This document shows positions 1 to 9,413 of a DNA stretch of 64,000 nt, in pieces (position 1 is the stretch's first letter; each line of letters begins with the position of its first letter). A model generated the notes under the pieces. That model did not search any database. It had not been told where the DNA came from and saw nothing but the letters and a program-made list of their open reading frames with translations. Source of the DNA: an uncultured Solirubrobacteraceae bacterium. GTDB taxonomy: Bacteria > Actinomycetota > Thermoleophilia > Solirubrobacterales > Solirubrobacteraceae. Location: contig CAWIHX010000005.1 in the NCBI GenBank assembly GCA_963836035.1, forward strand, positions 118,603 through 182,602, read 5' to 3'. The position numbers and the translations under genes were made by a program.

Positions 1-561
1 GCCGTGGCCGGGATGATCTGGGGCAACACGCCCCGCTCGTTCCCGCCGGCCTTCTCGATCCGCGGATACAGCGTCGGCGGCACGCGGCTGCTGTTCGCCC
101 CGAACGACACCTTCGTCGTCCTGGTGGTGCTGGGCAGCGCGCTGCTGCTGGCGCTCCTGTTCCGGCGCACGACGCTCGGCCTGCGGATGCGCGCCTCCGC
201 GTTCGCGCCCGAGGTCGCCCGCCTGCTCGGCGTCCGCGTGAGCGGGATGCTGACGCTCGGATGGGCGCTGGCGTCGCTGATGGGCTCGCTCGCCGGGGTG
301 CTCGTCGCTCCGTCCGTGTTCGTGGGTCCCAACCAGTTCGATCCGATCCTCGTGTTCGGCTTCACCGCCGCCGTCATGGGCGGCCTCGACAGCCCTGCGG
401 GGGCGCTCGTCGGGGGGCTGCTGCTCGGCCTCGCCCTCTCCTACGTGGGCGGCTACGAGGGCTCCGAACTGGTCACGCTGGCGGCGCTCGTGATCCTGCT
501 GCTGGTCCTGATGATCCGGCCCCAGGGCCTGTTCTCGACGCCGCGGGAGCGGCGCGTATGA
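1..561 (+). CDS. livH: Branched-chain amino acid ABC transporter permease (LivH-like), 5'-truncated by window edge
   Basis: Hydrophobic ORF open from position 1; motifs 'TTLGLRMRA' and 'GGLDSPAGALVGGLLLG'; stop overlaps next ATG (ATGA). Confidence 0.85.
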   Translation, partial: AVAGMIWGNTPRSFPPAFSIRGYSVGGTRLLFAPNDTFVVLVVLGSALLLALLFRRTTLGLRMRASAFAPEVARLLGVRVSGMLTLGWALASLMGSLAGVLVAPSVFVGPNQFDPILVFGFTAAVMGGLDSPAGALVGGLLLGLALSYVGGYEGSELVTLAALVILLLVLMIRPQGLFSTPRERRV

Positions 562-1694
562 GCGCACGGGCCCGTCGAGCGCGGATCCCGGCCGGAGCCC
601 GGGCCCCGGTCATCGCGGTGCTGGCCGCCATCGCGCTCTTCGTCGCGAGCGAGCTGATGGGCGAATACAACGACCTGCAGCTCGCAACGGGCTGCTACTA
701 CTTCGCGGCGCTCGCGGGGCTGACCCTGCTCACCGGGCTGAGCGGGCAGATCTCGCTCGGCCACGGCGCGCTGATGGCGGTGGGCGCCTACACCGCGGCC
801 CTGCTGATCGGGAACGAGCACTGGCCGCTGCTGGCCGCCGTCCTCGCCGCCACGGCTGCGGCGGCGGCTGTCGGCATCGCGCTGGGGGCGGCCGCCACGC
901 GACTGCGGGGTCCCTACCTCGCGGGCGCGACCCTGGCCTTCGCCATCGGCCTCCCCGCGCTCGCGGAACGGTACCCCGGCACGTTCGGCGGCGCGAACGG
1001 CCTCACGATCGAACCGCCGACCCCGCCGTCGTTCCTCGGCGGGGCATTCCCCCTGGAGCGCTGGGAGGCGTGGGTCGCAGGCATCGGCGCCGTCGTCGTC
1101 CTGCTGCTCGCCGAGAACCTCAGGCGGAGCGGGATGGGACGCGCGTTTCGCGCGATCCGCGACGACGAGATCGCCGCCTCGCTGTGCGGTTACAGCGTCG
1201 CGCGGGTGCAGCTGACCGCGTTCGTCTTCAGCGCGGCGTGTGCCGGGCTGGGAGGGGCGATGCTCGCCGTCGTCCTCCAGCTCGCCGCTCCCGGCGCGTT
1301 CCAGCTCCAGCTCTCCCTGTCCCTGCTCACCGCGGTCGTCGTCGGCGGCCTCGGTTCGCTGGCCGGCGCCGCCTGGGGCGCGGCCTTCCTGGTCCTGCTC
1401 CCGGGCTGGAGCAACGACATCGCCCACTCCTTCTCCCTGTCCACGAAGGTGTCCTCGAACCTGCCGCTGGCGATCTACGGCGTCGTCCTGATCGCCGTGA
1501 TGCTGCTGTGGCCGACGGGCATCCAGGGCAGCGTGCGCGCGGCGATCTCACGCCTTCGGCGGATGCACAAGGGGCGGGGCCCGACGACACCGCGCAAGCG
1601 GGAGCAATCGGGACCCACCCGCCCGGGGCCGATGGCCCCTGCCCCGACCGGGGAGGCAGCGCTCAGCAACCAGAGAGGAGACCGAGAGTCATGA
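558..1694 (+). CDS. livM: Branched-chain amino acid ABC transporter permease (LivM-like)
   Basis: 'GQISLGHGALMAVGAY', 'RLRGPYLAGATLAF', 'GRAFRAIRDDEIAA'; ATG at 558 coupled to upstream stop. Confidence 0.88.
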   Translation: MSARARRARIPAGARAPVIAVLAAIALFVASELMGEYNDLQLATGCYYFAALAGLTLLTGLSGQISLGHGALMAVGAYTAALLIGNEHWPLLAAVLAATAAAAAVGIALGAAATRLRGPYLAGATLAFAIGLPALAERYPGTFGGANGLTIEPPTPPSFLGGAFPLERWEAWVAGIGAVVVLLLAENLRRSGMGRAFRAIRDDEIAASLCGYSVARVQLTAFVFSAACAGLGGAMLAVVLQLAAPGAFQLQLSLSLLTAVVVGGLGSLAGAAWGAAFLVLLPGWSNDIAHSFSLSTKVSSNLPLAIYGVVLIAVMLLWPTGIQGSVRAAISRLRRMHKGRGPTTPRKREQSGPTRPGPMAPAPTGEAALSNQRGDRES

Positions 1695-2992
1695 CAGTCA
1701 GAAGTCCGAGAACGTGGGCAGTGGGATGCATGTGCGCGCTCGGGGTGGCCGTCGCCGCCGGGTGCGGCTCGAGCTCGAGCAGCTCGAGCTCGCCCGGCGT
1801 GAACGCCACCAGCGTCACGTTCGGCACCCACCAGCCGCTCACCGGGCCGGCGGCGCCCGGCTACAGCGAGATCGCGCCCGCCTCGAAGGCGTTCTTCGAA
1901 TACCTGAACAGCCAGGGCGGGATCAACGGCCGCAAGATCCACCTGATCTACAAGGACGACGAATACAACCCCAGCAAGACCGTCACGGTCGTGCACCAGC
2001 TCGTGCTGCAGGAAAAAGTCTTCGGGATCTTCGAGGGCCTCGGCACGCCCACGCACACGAAGGTCGTGAGCTATCTGAACACCTCGAAAGTGCCCGACAT
2101 CTTCGTCGCCTCGGGCTGCCCCTGCTGGGACAACGGCACGAAGCAGCCGTACACGTTCGGATGGCAGCCGAACTACACGATCGAGGGCAAGATCCTCGGG
2201 CAGTACATCAAGCAGCACTTCGCCGGCAAGAAGATCGGGGTCTTCTACCAGGACGACGACTTCGGCAAAGGCGGCCTGACCGGGCTCCAGTACGAGCTTC
2301 CCTCGAGCCAGATCGTCTCGACCCAGGCCTACCAGCCCGGGGGCACCAACGTCGCGCCCCAGATATCCGCGTTGAAGGCTGCGGGGGCGCAGGTGCTCGT
2401 CGACTTCACCGTGCCGATCTACACCGCGCTCGGGCAGCTGACGTCCTTCACCCTTGGCTACAAACCGCAGCTCGTGGTCTCGAACGTGGGGATCGACCCG
2501 ACCACCGTCGGCGCGCTGCTCAAATCGTTCTCGAAAGGGAAGGCCGGCAGCGAACTGATCGAAGGCGCGATCACAGACGGTTACCTGCCCTCGACGGCTG
2601 ACGTGTCGAACCCCTGGGTCGCGCTCTTCAAGAAGGTGCACGACAAATACGACTCGAGCGCGCCGTTCGACGGCAACGTCGAGTACGGGATGGCGACGGC
2701 CTACACCCTCGCCCAGGCCCTCCAGGTCGCGGGCAAGGATCTCACGCGGGAAAAGCTCGTCGAAGCGATCAACGAAAGCGGCGCGAAGTTCCGGGGCCCG
2801 GGCCTGGTGCCGTTCAGGTACTCCAAGACCGTCCACGGCGGCTACGGGGGAACCGAGATGGGGCAGATCCGCGAAGGCAAGATCGTCCTCTTCGGCGGCT
2901 CGATGACGACCGAACCCGACTCCAGCTCACCGATCACGCCGTACACGGGGAGCCAGCCGGCTCCACCGTCGAGCGGCGTCTCGGTGCCGTAG
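1691..2992 (+). CDS. ABC transporter substrate-binding lipoprotein (LivK/periplasmic binding protein type 1)
   Basis: Lipobox 'VAAGC' plus Ser-rich linker; 'INGRKIHLIYKDDEYNPSKT'; ATGA overlap with livM. Confidence 0.88.
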   Translation: MTVRSPRTWAVGCMCALGVAVAAGCGSSSSSSSSPGVNATSVTFGTHQPLTGPAAPGYSEIAPASKAFFEYLNSQGGINGRKIHLIYKDDEYNPSKTVTVVHQLVLQEKVFGIFEGLGTPTHTKVVSYLNTSKVPDIFVASGCPCWDNGTKQPYTFGWQPNYTIEGKILGQYIKQHFAGKKIGVFYQDDDFGKGGLTGLQYELPSSQIVSTQAYQPGGTNVAPQISALKAAGAQVLVDFTVPIYTALGQLTSFTLGYKPQLVVSNVGIDPTTVGALLKSFSKGKAGSELIEGAITDGYLPSTADVSNPWVALFKKVHDKYDSSAPFDGNVEYGMATAYTLAQALQVAGKDLTREKLVEAINESGAKFRGPGLVPFRYSKTVHGGYGGTEMGQIREGKIVLFGGSMTTEPDSSSPITPYTGSQPAPPSSGVSVP

Positions 2993-3061
2993 GGGTGCGC
3001 GGGGCCGGCGGTCGGTGCATTCATCGGCCGGCCACCGGCTCGGAGGGGGCGCGTCCAGGGA

Positions 3062-3113
3062 AGCGGTGAGCCGGCGGGTCGTGCGCTGACGCCGCCGGCT
3101 CGCCCCGACCGCT
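3062..3113. terminator. GC-rich hairpin between convergent genes, probable bidirectional terminator
   Basis: GAGCCGGCGG (3068-3077) and CCGCCGGCTC (3092-3101) form a perfect 10-bp inverted repeat; outer AGCGGT/ACCGCT pair. Confidence 0.5.
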
Positions 3114-4801
3114 CAGATGCGGCCGGCCGTCTCGCGGCGCCCGTTCGAGCGCTCGCGCTTGACGTCGTACATCGCGTGGTCGGCCCGTGCCAGCAGCGTC
3201 TCGGCATCGACCGTCGCCCCACGCGACCAGGCCACGCCGACGCTCGCCACGACGTCCGCGGCCCGTCCGAGCGCGCCCGCCGCCGCTGAGACCGCGAGCC
3301 GGTCGGCGAGCACGCGGGCACTCGCCTCGTCCATCTGGGGGCAGACCACGAGGAACTCGTCGCCGCCGAGCCTGCCGACGTGGTCGTCGATGCGCACGCT
3401 CGCGCGCAGATGACCCGCCACGGCACGCAGCAGCTCGTCGCCGGCGGCGTGGCCGTGCTCGTCGTTGACCTCCTTGAAGCCGTCCAGGTCGATGAAGAGC
3501 ACCGCGCGCTCGTCGCCCTCGGCGATGTCCTGCTCCAGCGAGCGGGTGATCGCGGCCCGGTTCAGGCAGCCGGTGAGTTCGTCGTGGGTCGCGCGGCGGC
3601 GAAGCTCCTCGCGCATCGCGATGCTGTCGCTCACGTCGACAAGGCACGCGATCGCGCCGCTGACCTCGCCGCCCTCGTGCGTGAGCGCTCGCAGGCTGAC
3701 CTGGCAGTGCCGGTCGCGGCCGTCCTGACGTCCGGTCACCGCGACCTCGACCTCGGCGTCGCTCCCGGCCCGCAGGAGCTCCGCGAAGGCCTCTTCGATC
3801 GCCAGCCGGTCGGCCTGGGCCACGTTCGCGAGCTGCTGCGCCGCCGTTTCCGCGCGCGGCGTGCCGAGGATCTCATGCAGGCGGTCGTTCGTGTAGACGA
3901 TCTGCGTGTCGCTGTCGACCTGCATCAGCCCGACGGGGACGGTTTCGGCGAGGCGGTCGAGCAGCTGCTCGCGCGCCCGCAGGTCCTCGTGCGCGGCCAT
4001 CTCCTCGGTGATGTCCACCATCTCGCAGACCACGACGGCGTGCTCGGGGTCGGCCAGCAGGTTGTGGTTGGTGACCTCGAACCAGACCCAGCTGCCGTCC
4101 TTCGCCTGCAGGCGCTGGCGCACGCGGCGCGCCGGCCCCGGACGGGCGAGCATCTGCATCCAGTTGTCGATCGCGAGCGCGTGGTCCTCGGGGTGCACGA
4201 ACTCGAGCGAGCGGTGGTTCAGCATCTCCTCCGGCTCCCAGCCGAGGATCTGCTGGACGGCCTCGTCCACGTGGACCAGGAAGCTCAGCTCGTTCTTGTG
4301 GATCGTCGCGAAACGGGGCCGTTGGGCGACGGTCTCCGAGTCGATCGGCTCGGCTGCGGCGAGGGGATCGGAGGAGGCGAGGAGGGTGAAGACGACGCCG
4401 TGGCGCTCGCGCAGATCGAGCGCGTAGAGGATCACCTCGTCGTAGCCTTCGGGGTGGATCGTGCAGCGGCTGGCTCCGAAGTTCAGCGCGCGGTCCCAGT
4501 TCTCCAGCACGGCTTCCCGGTCCTCGGTGCCGATCAGATCCAGGCCGGAGCGGCCTTCGAGGACCTGGTGTTCGCCGAGCCCGACCGACTCCGGCATCGG
4601 AACGTAGATCCCGGCGGAGGTCATCGCCCCGACCGCCGCCTGCGGGTAGACGGCGAGCAGCGAGCGCAGTGTCTGCTCCAGCGCGTCGGCGTCCGCGTGG
4701 GCGTCGCCTGCCGCTTCGAACAGCTGCCCGTCGAGCTCCGGGGGCTCGCTCTGCGGGCGGTCCGGCACCATCGCGTCGTCGCTGATCGGCTCGGTCTGCA
4801 T
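3113..4801 (-). CDS. PAS-PAS-GGDEF diguanylate cyclase
   Basis: 'FVHPED' PAS motif; 'LFIDLDGFKEVNDEHGHAAGD'; 'RIDDHVGRLGGDEF' with intact GGDEF and RxxD I-site; no EAL domain. Confidence 0.92.
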   Translation of the reverse strand: MQTEPISDDAMVPDRPQSEPPELDGQLFEAAGDAHADADALEQTLRSLLAVYPQAAVGAMTSAGIYVPMPESVGLGEHQVLEGRSGLDLIGTEDREAVLENWDRALNFGASRCTIHPEGYDEVILYALDLRERHGVVFTLLASSDPLAAAEPIDSETVAQRPRFATIHKNELSFLVHVDEAVQQILGWEPEEMLNHRSLEFVHPEDHALAIDNWMQMLARPGPARRVRQRLQAKDGSWVWFEVTNHNLLADPEHAVVVCEMVDITEEMAAHEDLRAREQLLDRLAETVPVGLMQVDSDTQIVYTNDRLHEILGTPRAETAAQQLANVAQADRLAIEEAFAELLRAGSDAEVEVAVTGRQDGRDRHCQVSLRALTHEGGEVSGAIACLVDVSDSIAMREELRRRATHDELTGCLNRAAITRSLEQDIAEGDERAVLFIDLDGFKEVNDEHGHAAGDELLRAVAGHLRASVRIDDHVGRLGGDEFLVVCPQMDEASARVLADRLAVSAAAGALGRAADVVASVGVAWSRGATVDAETLLARADHAMYDVKRERSNGRRETAGRI

Positions 4802-4962
4802 CTTCTTCTCTGTCTGGGGGTGGGGTGCTCGTCATCCATCGGCCGCCGAGCGAGCGCGCTGAGAGGTTTCGCCTCGGGTGGACGTTTCGCTATCGCCTGA
4901 GTGCGCCCGCGACAAGCGGGCGATTCCGCTCTGTGGAGCGAAATCGAGCAGGAAAACCGGCT

Positions 4963-5745
4963 TCAGCCGTCGCGCCGGCGGCGCAAGCGCCAGATGTGCT
5001 CCATCGGCCAGCGCCGCGCCCATTCGCGGTCCTCGGCGGAGCGGTAGCTGCTCTCGGCGCCCGCCGGCGGGCGCAGCTCGATCAGATCCTCGATCTCGAG
5101 GCCGTGGCGGCGGAACAGCGCGATCCACTCGCCGTAGGGGAGCTGGAACGCGATCGGCTCGCCGGGTTCTTCGAAGCGCCTGATGCCCTCCCAGTAGTCG
5201 ACCGTGAGCTCGGTGCCCGGGTGCTCGGCGCCCACCGGGAAGACGAGATCGACGATCGGCGTGAGCGCCGAGAATGCGAACAGGCCGCCCGGCCGCAGCA
5301 GGCGCGCGGCCTCCGGCACGCTCAGGTGCGGGTCGGTGAACGTCATCGCACCGAAGTCGCAGAACACGATGTCGAAGCTCTCCGCCCCGAGCCCGGTGGC
5401 CTCGGCGCTGGCGTGCACGAGCGGGAACTCGACGCCGGCGGCAGCCATCAGCTCGCGCGCGTGCTCGAGCTGGCGCGCCGAGTTGTCGAGGCCGGTGACG
5501 CGCGCGCCCCGGCCCGCGAGCGCGATCGCCCACTGGGCGGCGCCGCAGCCGAGCTCGAGCACGTCGAGGCGGGCAACCTCCCCCAGCACCTGCAGCTCTG
5601 CCTCCGAGATCTGCCAGACGCCCCAGGCGGTGCCGCCGGACTTGTCGAGCTGATCGCCGTGCCGGGCCTGGTAGTCGTCGGACACCTCGTCCCAGAGACG
5701 GCGGTTCAGCGCGGCGTGGTCAGTGAGCGGCTGCTCGTCGGTCAT
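4963..5745 (-). CDS. Class I SAM-dependent methyltransferase
   Basis: 'VLELGCGAAQ' motif I; 'RLLRPGGLF'; TAGGCT box 7 nt before ATG. Confidence 0.9.
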   Translation of the reverse strand: MTDEQPLTDHAALNRRLWDEVSDDYQARHGDQLDKSGGTAWGVWQISEAELQVLGEVARLDVLELGCGAAQWAIALAGRGARVTGLDNSARQLEHARELMAAAGVEFPLVHASAEATGLGAESFDIVFCDFGAMTFTDPHLSVPEAARLLRPGGLFAFSALTPIVDLVFPVGAEHPGTELTVDYWEGIRRFEEPGEPIAFQLPYGEWIALFRRHGLEIEDLIELRPPAGAESSYRSAEDREWARRWPMEHIWRLRRRRDG

Positions 5746-5783
5746 CGCGGCGAGCCTAGAACACCGCCTCTAGACTCACCCGG

Positions 5784-7139
5784 GTGCGAACGCTGATCGT
5801 CGGCCACGGGGGGCGGGAGAGCGCGCTGGCCGCGCGCATGGCCGAGCACAGCGAGCTGCACGCGATCGTCGGCCACGAGAACCCGACAATCGTCGCGCGC
5901 TGCGCCGACTCCGGGGGCGGGCACGTCGTCGGCGACGTCTGCGACCCCGCGGCGGTCGCCGCGCTCGCGCGCGAACGCGAGATCGACATCGCGATGGTCA
6001 GCTCCGACGAGCCGCTCGCGGCGGGCGTCGTCGATGCGCTGCTGGCACAGGGCACGCGCGCGGTCGGCCCGACGCGGGACGGCGCGGAGATCGAGTGGAA
6101 CAAGGTGTTCGCCCGTTCGCTGCTCGCCGAGATCGCGCCCGAGGCGGTGCCGCGGCTGCACGTCGTCGGCGACGAGGCGGAGCTGCAGCGGGCGCTCGCC
6201 GACTTCGGCGCGACGCCACTCGCCGTCAAGCCGGCCGGGCTGACCGGCGGCAAGGGCGTGAAGGTGATGGGGCCGCACCTCGCCGACCACGACGAGGCGC
6301 GGGACTACGCGCGCGAGCTGCTGAGCCGCGGCGGCGGGGGGGAGTCGGTCCTGATCGAGGAGCGGATCGACGGGGCGGAGTTCACGATCCAGGCGATCAG
6401 CGACGGGCGCACGGTCGTCTTCCCGCCGTCCACCTACGACTACCCGTACCGGTTCGACGGCGACGAGGGCCCGGGCACCGGCGGCATGGGATCGCTGTCG
6501 CTGGCCTCGCCGATCCTGCCGTTCATGACGACCGAGCACTACCGCCAGGCGTGCTCGATCGTCGCTGCGGTGATCGAGCGCCTCGGAGCGCTCGGCAGGC
6601 GCTTCAACGGGATCATGAACTCCGGCTTCTTCGCGACGGCGGACGGCGTGAAGGTGATCGAGTTCAACGCCCGGTTCGGCGACCCGGAGTGCATGAACAT
6701 CATGAGCCTGTTCGACGGCTCCTGGTCCGAGGTGATGGAGCGCATCGCCGCGGGCGAGCTGAGCGACGCCGACGTGCCGCTGCGCCACGAGGCCTCGCTC
6801 GTGCTCTACCTCGTCTCGCCCGACTACGCGCTGCGGCCGGGCGGCCCGTACGAGTTCCCGCTCGACGTCGAGGCGATCGAAGCCGACGGCTGCCACGTGT
6901 TCTTCTCCTCAGCGGTGCAGGCCGGGGGTGGGCGGGGCTCCATCTTCCGCACGGTCGGGACCTCGCGCGCGGTCGCGCTGGCCACCACGGCGCCGGCTCT
7001 CGAGGACGCCCGGCGGCGGCTGCACGGCTGGGCCGCGAAGGTGCCCGTGCTCGAGTGGCGCAGCGACGTCGGCGACAGCGGCTACCTGGACGGCCTCACG
7101 CGCCTCGCCGCCGCCGAGGGCGCCCACGCCGCCGGCTGA
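5784..7139 (+). CDS. purD: Phosphoribosylamine--glycine ligase (ATP-grasp), archaeal-like motifs
   Basis: 'GHGGRESALA', 'KPAGLTGGKGV', 'GDEGPGTGGMG', 'IEFNARFGDPE'; GTG start 7 nt after TAGACT. Confidence 0.85.
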   Translation: MRTLIVGHGGRESALAARMAEHSELHAIVGHENPTIVARCADSGGGHVVGDVCDPAAVAALAREREIDIAMVSSDEPLAAGVVDALLAQGTRAVGPTRDGAEIEWNKVFARSLLAEIAPEAVPRLHVVGDEAELQRALADFGATPLAVKPAGLTGGKGVKVMGPHLADHDEARDYARELLSRGGGGESVLIEERIDGAEFTIQAISDGRTVVFPPSTYDYPYRFDGDEGPGTGGMGSLSLASPILPFMTTEHYRQACSIVAAVIERLGALGRRFNGIMNSGFFATADGVKVIEFNARFGDPECMNIMSLFDGSWSEVMERIAAGELSDADVPLRHEASLVLYLVSPDYALRPGGPYEFPLDVEAIEADGCHVFFSSAVQAGGGRGSIFRTVGTSRAVALATTAPALEDARRRLHGWAAKVPVLEWRSDVGDSGYLDGLTRLAAAEGAHAAG

Positions 7140-7159
7140 TCGGTGCAAGGATGGCAGGC

Positions 7160-7924
7160 ATGATCGTCGAGCGCTCCACCCACCCCCAGTTCGTATCGAA
7201 CACGTTCCTGGTCGCCGACGGCCAGGGCGGACCGGCCTTCTTCGTCGACGCCGGCGGGCCCGTCGAGCCGCTGATCGAAGCCGCCGAGCGCCTCGACCTC
7301 GAGCCGAGCCACATCCTGCTCACCCACCACCACTACGACCACGTCTGCGAGGTCGAGGTGCTCCGCGAGCGCTGGCCCGATCTCGAGGTGCTGATCAGCG
7401 CGCGCGAGGCCGAGCTGCTGGGCGACGGGGCATCCGGCTACGGGACGATCGAGGCCGGCGAGGAGAAGGAGTTCGGCGCGGTCACGGTGCGGGCGCTGCA
7501 CACGCCGGGCCACACCGGGGGGATGCTCTCCTTCCTCGTCGGCGACGGCTCGGGTCCGCGGGCGGTGTTCACCGGCGACACGCTCTTCAAGGACTCGGTC
7601 GGCGGCGTCAAAGCGCCCGGCCACACGACCTACACCGACCTGCGCGACTCGATCATGGGCACGCTCATGGAGCTCGGCCCCGAGACCGTGATCCACCCGG
7701 GCCACGCCGACGACACGACGGTCGGGCGCGAGTGGGACGAGAACGCGTTCATCCGCGTCTGGCGCGGCATCGACGCCGAGGGCGCCGAGCCGTGCACGGC
7801 GCTCGGCGAGCCGGCTACGCTGGTCCTCCTCGGCGCCGACTACGACGGCGGCACGAAGGCCTGGATCCGCTGGCCGGACGGGGCCGACGACATCGTGCCG
7901 GGCTCGAAAGTCGAGCGCGGCTAG
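7160..7924 (+). CDS. MBL-fold metallo-hydrolase (glyoxalase II-like)
   Basis: 'THHHYDH', 'TPGHT', 'TGDTLF', 'HPGH'; alternative start at 7151. Confidence 0.88.
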   Translation: MIVERSTHPQFVSNTFLVADGQGGPAFFVDAGGPVEPLIEAAERLDLEPSHILLTHHHYDHVCEVEVLRERWPDLEVLISAREAELLGDGASGYGTIEAGEEKEFGAVTVRALHTPGHTGGMLSFLVGDGSGPRAVFTGDTLFKDSVGGVKAPGHTTYTDLRDSIMGTLMELGPETVIHPGHADDTTVGREWDENAFIRVWRGIDAEGAEPCTALGEPATLVLLGADYDGGTKAWIRWPDGADDIVPGSKVERG

Positions 7925-7973
7925 CGGCGAGCGTATGTCCAGGGGGGTCGCCGCCCGGCCCTAGGATGCAGTG

Positions 7974-9380
7974 ATGGCGCGCGAGAACGAGAAGATCCCC
8001 ACCTCGCGCGTGCGTCGCACCGCCACCGTGGCGACGCTCGCCGCGAGCGAGGCCGTCAAGCAGTTCGGCACGAGGGCCGCGAACGTCACGCGCGACGAGG
8101 GCGCCGCCGAGGAGGCGATGTCCCGGCGCCAGCTCGAGACGGCCAAGCAGATCGTCGCGGTGCTGGGGACGATGAAGGGCGCGGCGATGAAGCTGGGGCA
8201 GGTGATGTCGTTCCTCGACGTCGGGCTCGTCCCGGAGGAGCACCGCGAGGAGTTCCAGCGTGAGCTGGCGAAGCTCCGCGACGCCGCCCCGACCGTCTCC
8301 TTCAAGCAGATGAGGAAGGTCGTCGAGGAGGACCTCGAGGAGCCGCTCGACGAGGTCTTCAGCGAGTTCGAGGAGGAGCCGATCGCCGCGGCCTCGATCG
8401 GCCAGGTCTACAGGGCACGGCTCGCGAGCGACGGGCGCGAGGTCGCGGTGAAGGTGCAGTACCCGGGGGTGGCGGCTGCGGTCCGCGCCGACATGCAGAA
8501 CCTGGACATGATCATGCGCCTGCTCAAGCGCATGGCGCCCGGGCTCGACGTCAAGGCGGTGACGAAGGAGATCCGCGAGCGGATCGAGGAGGAGCTCGAC
8601 TACGAGCTCGAGGCACAGAACCAGCGCGCGCTCGCCCGGATCTACTCCGGGCACCCGTTCATCGTCGTGCCGGAGGTGGTCAGCTCGCTCAGCCGCGAGC
8701 GGGTGCTGGTCAGCGACTACGTCCGCGGCGTCGGCTTCGAGCAGCTCAAGGAGGGCTCGCAGGCCGAGCGCGATCGCCTCGGCGAGATCGTCTTCCGCTT
8801 CTTCCTCGGCTGTCTCTACCGCCACCACCAGTTCTCGGGCGACCCGCACCCCGGCAACTTCCTGCTGCTCGACGACGGCCGCGTGGCGTTCCTCGACTTC
8901 GGGCTGTTCAAGCGCATGGACGCCACCGCGGTCGAACTCGAGCTCGCGTGCCAGCGCGCGGTGGTCGAGGACGATCCGGCGACCCTGCACCGGCTGCTCG
9001 CGGAGTCCGGCTTCCTGCCCGAACCCGACCGCGTCGACGCCGAGAACCTGCTGGAGTTCATCCGCGATGCGATCTGGTGGTACACGACCGCCGACCGCGT
9101 CGTCCAGCTCACACCGCAGATCGCGACCACGGTGATGATCGAGAGCTCGGACCCGCGCTCCAGCCACTTCCGCGAGATGCGCCACCAGGACATGCGACCC
9201 GAGCACCTGTTCGGCCGGCGCATGGAGATGCTCACGCTGGCTGTGCTCTCTCAGCTGCGCGCGCGCGGCAACTGGCATCGCATCGCGAGGGAGTGGATGT
9301 ACCGCGATGAGCCCGTGACCGAGCTCGGTCGCCAGGAGACGGACTTCTACCGGCGGACGGGCGTCGGCGCGGCCGGCTGA
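7974..9380 (+). CDS. ABC1/AarF/UbiB family atypical kinase
   Basis: 'MKLGQVMS', 'AAASIGQVY', 'VAVKVQYPG', 'DPHPGNF', 'FLDFG'; TAGGAT box 6 nt before ATG 7974. Confidence 0.92.
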   Translation: MARENEKIPTSRVRRTATVATLAASEAVKQFGTRAANVTRDEGAAEEAMSRRQLETAKQIVAVLGTMKGAAMKLGQVMSFLDVGLVPEEHREEFQRELAKLRDAAPTVSFKQMRKVVEEDLEEPLDEVFSEFEEEPIAAASIGQVYRARLASDGREVAVKVQYPGVAAAVRADMQNLDMIMRLLKRMAPGLDVKAVTKEIRERIEEELDYELEAQNQRALARIYSGHPFIVVPEVVSSLSRERVLVSDYVRGVGFEQLKEGSQAERDRLGEIVFRFFLGCLYRHHQFSGDPHPGNFLLLDDGRVAFLDFGLFKRMDATAVELELACQRAVVEDDPATLHRLLAESGFLPEPDRVDAENLLEFIRDAIWWYTTADRVVQLTPQIATTVMIESSDPRSSHFREMRHQDMRPEHLFGRRMEMLTLAVLSQLRARGNWHRIAREWMYRDEPVTELGRQETDFYRRTGVGAAG

Positions 9381-9413
9381 ACTTCGCGGGCGCGATCGGG
9401 ATAATCAACGCTC

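Noticed and set aside
1765-1795. GAGCTC/CTCGAG repeats
   Set aside because: They simply encode the poly-Ser linker of the lipoprotein
4860-4945. Repeated GTTTCGC and a GGCGATAG (minus strand) upstream of the diguanylate cyclase, as a possible sigma28 promoter
   Set aside because: No TAAA-like -35 at 15-16 nt; too short to distinguish from chance
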